From sequence record PP627279.1: a stretch of DNA of 59,853 nucleotides; one strand, written 5' to 3'. The notes below the pieces were generated by a model. The model was not told where the DNA came from and made no database searches. It saw nothing but the letters and a program-made list of their open reading frames with translations. The number at the start of each line of letters is the position of its first letter. Within the stretch, counting starts at the first letter, position 1. A program made the translations under genes and the position numbers. Positions 55,522-59,853 of this stretch are shown one piece after another. This DNA is from Escherichia phage KS_A8.

Positions 55522-55715
55522 TAATGGATAGACTATCCGATGAGCGCGTTGCTAAGCTTGCAGAATATGACTGTGCAAGCAATGAGGAGGTTATGTCTTT
55601 AGCACAAGAGGTGAAGGAACTTCGAGCTGTAGCAAAGGACTTCCTGCGTCGTAATAAATATGGTCCTTTGTTCTATCGTGATTTGTATAACCGTTTTAAG
55701 GAGATTGTGAAATGA
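55512..55715 (+). CDS. hypothetical protein
   Basis: 67-aa ORF. Confidence 0.3.
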   Translation: MEIIMDRLSDERVAKLAEYDCASNEEVMSLAQEVKELRAVAKDFLRRNKYGPLFYRDLYNRFKEIVK

Positions 55716-55981
55716 TTACCGCTCAAGAAGCTCGTGAATTAAGCGATAAGCTGGATATTAGCGAAGATATTGAATTTATCAGTAACAGCATTCGCGTAGC
55801 TGCTACAAAGGGATACAATAAAGTATCACTGGTAACAAAATACGGATCTGTTGGCAATCCCGACACTCAAGACCCAACCACTATGAAGATTGCTAAATGG
55901 TTAGCTGATTCTGGTTTTACGGTGTTATATTATCCTTCCATGGACCAACGTGATAACGAGCGTACTGAGGTAGCATGGTGA
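55712..55981 (+). CDS. hypothetical protein
   Basis: 89-aa ORF. Confidence 0.3.
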   Translation: MITAQEARELSDKLDISEDIEFISNSIRVAATKGYNKVSLVTKYGSVGNPDTQDPTTMKIAKWLADSGFTVLYYPSMDQRDNERTEVAW

Positions 55982-56048
55982 TTGAAGAAAATATCAAATA
56001 TTGGAAAGGCTTTATTGACGAAATGTTGAAACCATTGGAGAAGAAATA

Positions 56049-56441
56049 ATGCTATTAGTCGTCACCGGAGGTCGAGATTTTAAGCATGTGGAGTATATTT
56101 ATGCTCAATTGGATAAGCTGCATATGCAAAGAAGGATAACCACACTTCGCCACGGTGACGCTGACGGTGTTGACCGCATTTGCGCACAGTGGGCAGAGCG
56201 CAACGGTATTAAGACAGAAGCGTTCCCTGCCCCGTGGGACAATCTTTCCTTACCAAATACCAAGATACGGTATAACGCTAAGGGTGCTTATAATGCACAA
56301 GCTGGCGCTTACCGCAATCAATTAATGCTGGATACTGATCCTAAACCAGATCACGCTATTGTGTTTCCTGGCGGAGCTGGTACTATGGATATGTACAGAC
56401 GGATTAAAGCATCCGGTATCCCTTACACATTAGCGGAGTAA
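56049..56441 (+). CDS. SLOG/LOG-family Rossmann-fold protein (DprA/LOG-like, putative)
   Basis: 130 aa; N-terminal VVTGGRDF and C-terminal VFPGGAGTMDM resemble the LOG-family PGGxGT motif. Confidence 0.35.
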   Translation: MLLVVTGGRDFKHVEYIYAQLDKLHMQRRITTLRHGDADGVDRICAQWAERNGIKTEAFPAPWDNLSLPNTKIRYNAKGAYNAQAGAYRNQLMLDTDPKPDHAIVFPGGAGTMDMYRRIKASGIPYTLAE

Positions 56442-56444
56442 ATA

Positions 56445-56915
56445 ATGGCTGACGTTAAAACTATTGTTGATGCAATGGACGAATCCAAAGACTGCCAACT
56501 GAAGAAGTCGTTTGAAGTAAAACAGGTTACAGAGACTCAGTTAGTCTGTAATTTTGCGCGTTATTGTGGACTGGGGCGCGGGAAAGACTGGAACGGGCTT
56601 ATTGTTATGCCCACATCACAGATCCTCGTTTACGTCCGCAATATTGTAGAAGATCTTTTGCGTCTTCAAATAGATATCGGTGATGTAGAAATTAATATGA
56701 CCGCGAGCTCTACCATTGTGGTTAAATGGCAGTCGGGCGAGACACTGCGTTTGGAAGCGTGCCATTGTGCTAAGAGCTTGCACCACCTGCGAGGCTGTCA
56801 TTACCAGTTCGTTGGGTTTGTACATCCGCAAGGGTTAAGCGAGCGTACGGCGCTTGTAGCGCGTTTGCTGCTGCGTCCTTATAATAACGAGCCGGAAGTT
56901 ATATACGAGGCATAA
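56445..56915 (+). CDS. hypothetical protein
   Basis: 156 aa with several Cys/His. Confidence 0.3.
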   Translation: MADVKTIVDAMDESKDCQLKKSFEVKQVTETQLVCNFARYCGLGRGKDWNGLIVMPTSQILVYVRNIVEDLLRLQIDIGDVEINMTASSTIVVKWQSGETLRLEACHCAKSLHHLRGCHYQFVGFVHPQGLSERTALVARLLLRPYNNEPEVIYEA

Positions 56916-56916
56916 A

Positions 56917-57342
56917 ATGTCAGTAAATTTTGTCAAACAGCCAACTTTAAATACATGCGTTTCTGCGTGTTTGGCAATGATCCTTAATAAACCTGTTGAG
57001 AAGGTTATTGAGGAATTTCATAGTCGTTATTATAACAACTGGGAGATCACTATCAGCGAATATTTGACTAAAAACGGCGTCCAGCATCATTGTTCAGAAG
57101 GTGGTGGGCGTGAAACTTTGCATATGGGAGGTTTGTTCCTGTGCACGGTGCCAAGTCTTAATATTCCTGGCGCATTGCACCAGATTGTGATTGATATGAC
57201 GGATCACAAGTTTATTGTGCATGATCCAATTAAAGGATGGGAAGGTAAAAAGTTCTATGTTGGTCCGGATCAAGATCCTGAAGAGCCTGGAGCTTTTATC
57301 ATTCATACTTGGGTCAAAGACGTTGAAATCCTGCCTTATTAA
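56917..57342 (+). CDS. papain-like cysteine peptidase (C39-like, putative)
   Basis: 141 aa; QPTLNTCVSACLAMIL fits the C39 Q...C..A.LAMI pattern; downstream HKFIVHDP histidine motif. Confidence 0.45.
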   Translation: MSVNFVKQPTLNTCVSACLAMILNKPVEKVIEEFHSRYYNNWEITISEYLTKNGVQHHCSEGGGRETLHMGGLFLCTVPSLNIPGALHQIVIDMTDHKFIVHDPIKGWEGKKFYVGPDQDPEEPGAFIIHTWVKDVEILPY

Positions 57343-57404
57343 TTTTCTTGCTATCACATAACCCTTCATTGTATTGTGTACCCATCGAATAAGAGGGGTA
57401 CACA

Positions 57405-57590
57405 ATGACCAAACTATACGCCGGATTGTTTTTATTTGCGACGTTGATGTTCGCTGGGCTTTATACCTATACAGTAGTCGAACAACCTTCCACGGTTATC
57501 CGAATCTTTGCAAGTACAGGGCTTTGCATCTGTCTTATTCTATTTGTTTTATGCATTGTTATTATCCAAGACCAAAGGAAAGTTAAATGA
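57405..57590 (+). CDS. small two-helix membrane protein
   Basis: 61 aa, two hydrophobic helices. Confidence 0.3.
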   Translation: MTKLYAGLFLFATLMFAGLYTYTVVEQPSTVIRIFASTGLCICLILFVLCIVIIQDQRKVK

Positions 57591-58051
57591 CCACAATTGC
57601 GTTTGATGGAAAAGTATTAGCTGCGGACCGTGGCGTTATGCGCGGGGAAGCTGTGACTGCTTATAAGAAAGTTCATAGCGTGAATGGACATCGTGGACGG
57701 TTTTTACTGGGCTTGTGCGGTTTGACAGCATTTACCGATCAGGTGTTGCGTTATTTTAATAGCGCGGAACCTGTTAAGTTCCCTGATATTAAACTTTACA
57801 GCAAAGATGATGATTACGGGCAAACTTGCGGTCTTGCTATCACTCCGGAAGGTACTTGCCATTTTATTTATAATGATGGTACTTTGAGCGAGCCCATGCT
57901 GGATGGATGGGGATCTGAGGGTAGCGGTTGTGTGTTTGCCGCTGGTGCATTAGCCGCTGGTGCAAGCGCAAGCGAAGCCATTGAGCTGGCAATTAAACAC
58001 ACCACATGCGCATTCCTGGGAGTTGATACAATATCATTTGAGGGTTTTTAA
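57587..58051 (+). CDS. Ntn-hydrolase fold protein, HslV/proteasome beta-like (putative)
   Basis: 154 aa; begins MTTIAFDGK (Thr at position 2 as potential N-terminal nucleophile); Gly-rich GSEGSGCVFAAGALAAGAS resembles the HslV GSGG segment (from memory). Confidence 0.3.
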   Translation: MTTIAFDGKVLAADRGVMRGEAVTAYKKVHSVNGHRGRFLLGLCGLTAFTDQVLRYFNSAEPVKFPDIKLYSKDDDYGQTCGLAITPEGTCHFIYNDGTLSEPMLDGWGSEGSGCVFAAGALAAGASASEAIELAIKHTTCAFLGVDTISFEGF

Positions 58052-58312
58052 ATGACTACATTCAGTCACCTGATCCCACCTGCTTATCATAGTAAGGTAG
58101 TTGACCACGGGACGCATGTTGTAATTGGTGGCGAAATCTTTATCACAGATAACGAGGAAATCGCCATTGCAATTATTGACAGCACTCAGCATGACTTTAT
58201 GGTTATCCTGCAACACGAACCAGATAACTTCACTTTTTACTCCAGCTACGGGGTCGATAAAGGTGGAAAAAGCCTTGTTAGCTGGTACATTAGCGAGTGG
58301 TTTGACGGGTAA
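58052..58312 (+). CDS. hypothetical protein
   Basis: 86-aa ORF. Confidence 0.3.
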   Translation: MTTFSHLIPPAYHSKVVDHGTHVVIGGEIFITDNEEIAIAIIDSTQHDFMVILQHEPDNFTFYSSYGVDKGGKSLVSWYISEWFDG

Positions 58313-58394
58313 TCTCCTTAGATCAATTCTCCTTGCGCCGTATCAAGTTTCTCTGTTACCCTTGAGTGGTTCATGTCAAGCGGAGGAACTCGAT

Positions 58395-58832
58395 ATGGCA
58401 CTTCAACCTCGTGGTATTCGTAATAACAATCCAGGCAATATTCGCTGGGGTGATAATTGGCAGGGCTTAGTTCCTGCTGATAAGCGAACCGATAAATCTT
58501 TTGCTCAATTCACGCAACCGATTTACGGCATTCGTGCGCTAGCGAAAATCCTGACAAACTACACCAAACGTGAAGGCTTGCCCAATGTGGGTAAGAAAAA
58601 CATCGACACTGTACGTGAAATTATCGCTCGCTGGGCACCGCCTAACGAAAACGATACGGAAGCGTATATTCGCTCTGTTGCCAAAGCAATTGGTGTTCAA
58701 CCTAACGATCCAATTAATGTCTTCGACAAGGCAATTATGTCAGGATTGGTGAAAGCAATCATTCGTCATGAAAATGGCATGATGCCCTATACCGATGACG
58801 TAATTAACCGCGCTATTGCAATGGTACTTTAA
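58395..58832 (+). CDS. conserved hypothetical protein, candidate endolysin by position
   Basis: Start set at ATG 58395 (RBS GGAGGAA); 145 aa with RGIRNNNPGNIRWG motif; directly upstream of holin and spanins. No catalytic motif recognised. Confidence 0.3.
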   Translation: MALQPRGIRNNNPGNIRWGDNWQGLVPADKRTDKSFAQFTQPIYGIRALAKILTNYTKREGLPNVGKKNIDTVREIIARWAPPNENDTEAYIRSVAKAIGVQPNDPINVFDKAIMSGLVKAIIRHENGMMPYTDDVINRAIAMVL

Positions 58833-58868
58833 CTGACGGGGCGTTAGCCCCTTTTATTTGGAGGGAAC

Positions 58869-59213
58869 ATGTTCAATTCACCCAACGAACATTGGGCAGT
58901 TCTAGCGGGGTTTGCGTTTATCTCCCTCATTGGGGGAGCTCTCGGTTATGTCATGCGTACAATAGACGCTGGTAAGAAAGTACGGGCAAGTATTGCGTTT
59001 CTTGAAGGCTTATCCGCCGCTTTCTTTGGCGTTATAATGTATGCGATCTACAGGGAGTTTAACATCAGCCTTTGGTTCGCTTTTGGCCTTGCTGGCCTAT
59101 TTGCTTGGGCAGGTTCACGTGCTACGCTAAAAGCCCTAACGTCGCTTATAGCTTCACGGACAGGGATCAAACTCGATTCAGGGGACTGCAAACATGAAAA
59201 CGATTCTAAATAA
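58869..59213 (+). CDS. holin (putative)
   Basis: 114 aa with three hydrophobic helices and charged C-terminus; immediately upstream of Rz/Rz1. Confidence 0.5.
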   Translation: MFNSPNEHWAVLAGFAFISLIGGALGYVMRTIDAGKKVRASIAFLEGLSAAFFGVIMYAIYREFNISLWFAFGLAGLFAWAGSRATLKALTSLIASRTGIKLDSGDCKHENDSK

Positions 59214-59670
59214 CTTCTTCGGTTTTATAAAAACTAAACCGCGTCTGTTTATCGAGTATTTGATGATCGGCGCGGTTGTGTTTTTATGCGGGGTGGCTGC
59301 ATACTTGTGGTCACAGAACGAGCTCAGCAAAACTAATTTAAATCATGCTGAGCAAAGACTAACCGTTGTAGAACGGGACAATGCAAAGCTGGGCGAAGCT
59401 GTTGTATTTCTTGCATCCCAACGGGAGAAGGATACTGAATCCTATCGAAAATTGGCTTCAGCAATTGAAAGTGAGCAACATAACCACAGGTTGCTTCAGG
59501 ACAAATTAAAAGCACTGGAGAAAAGCAATGCCGACGTCAAAGCTTATCTTAATGAGCGTGTTCCTGATGATTTGCGCAGGCTGCTCGACGGAGATACAAC
59601 CTCCACCACCGCCGCAGATAGTGAAGATAAAACTTCCGGCCCATCTGTTGGTAGAATGTCGGGAAGTTGA
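59194..59670 (+). CDS. Rz: i-spanin (Rz-like)
   Basis: 158 aa; N-terminal transmembrane helix, coiled-coil periplasmic domain; contains the Rz1 start in another frame. Confidence 0.6.
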   Translation: MKTILNNFFGFIKTKPRLFIEYLMIGAVVFLCGVAAYLWSQNELSKTNLNHAEQRLTVVERDNAKLGEAVVFLASQREKDTESYRKLASAIESEQHNHRLLQDKLKALEKSNADVKAYLNERVPDDLRRLLDGDTTSTTAADSEDKTSGPSVGRMSGS

Positions 59671-59833
59671 TAAATATCCTTTGGTTTATACAAGGGACAT
59701 TATCCAACGTTTGCAGGATACAGAAACAGCTCTGACTGAATGTAAACTGAGGGTTAAGGAAATCATACGCTATGAAGCTGAAAATGTTTCGCTTGATTTT
59801 GTAGGATCAAGCAATTATATTCAGCCTAAATAG
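59528..59833 (+). CDS. Rz1: o-spanin (Rz1-like lipoprotein)
   Basis: Signal peptide ending in lipobox-like ICAGC followed by proline-rich STEIQPPPPPQ; overlaps the Rz 3' end. Confidence 0.55.
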   Translation: MPTSKLILMSVFLMICAGCSTEIQPPPPPQIVKIKLPAHLLVECREVDKYPLVYTRDIIQRLQDTETALTECKLRVKEIIRYEAENVSLDFVGSSNYIQPK

Positions 59834-59853
59834 CAATAAGAAAGGGGGCTTCC

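Noticed and set aside
1-59853. tRNA genes, CRISPR arrays, integrase/transposase, lysogeny repressor
   Set aside because: No T-loop-like GTTCRANYC motifs in cloverleaf context, no regularly spaced direct repeats, and no tyrosine/serine recombinase or DDE motifs seen by eye; a tRNA scan program would be needed for a definitive negative.

Overview
The window reads as a complete, circularly wrapped genome (about 59.9 kb) of a virulent tailed phage of enterobacteria with siphovirus-type tail genes. All calls rest on reading the ORF translations by eye for motifs and on gene order; no database search was run. Three blocks are visible. (1) A rightward late block (1-24070): terminase small and large subunits, portal, scaffold-like protein, major capsid, Ig-like protein, neck proteins, major tail protein, tail chaperone with a -1 frameshift extension, tape measure, minor tail proteins, a J-like tip protein, an antisense Llp/Cor-like lipoprotein, and a long tail fibre with a C-terminal chaperone domain. 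(2) A leftward early block (24100-52438): family B DNA polymerase coupled to a beta-clamp-like protein, SF2 helicase, prim-pol/P-loop primase-helicase, DNA ligase, RNase H, dUTPase, a Sak4-like ATPase / SSB-like / PD-(D/E)XK exonuclease recombination module, a resolvase-like nuclease, and the most notable feature, a 7-deazaguanine (preQ0-type) DNA modification cluster (dpdA, folE, queD, yhhQ-like, queC, queE) interleaved with small unknown ORFs. (3) A rightward block (52838-59833) of small genes, a LOG/SLOG-like protein, two peptidase-like proteins and a lysis cassette (candidate endolysin, holin, overlapped Rz/Rz1 spanins); its transcript direction runs straight into terS at position 1, whose ribosome-binding site lies at the window end. 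The organisation resembles the 7-deazaguanine-modifying coliphages (Seuratvirus/Nonagvirus-like), but that placement is from memory, not a search. No tRNA, rRNA, CRISPR array, integrase or transposase was recognised. Several repeat-rich non-coding islands look like origin, promoter or operator arrays.
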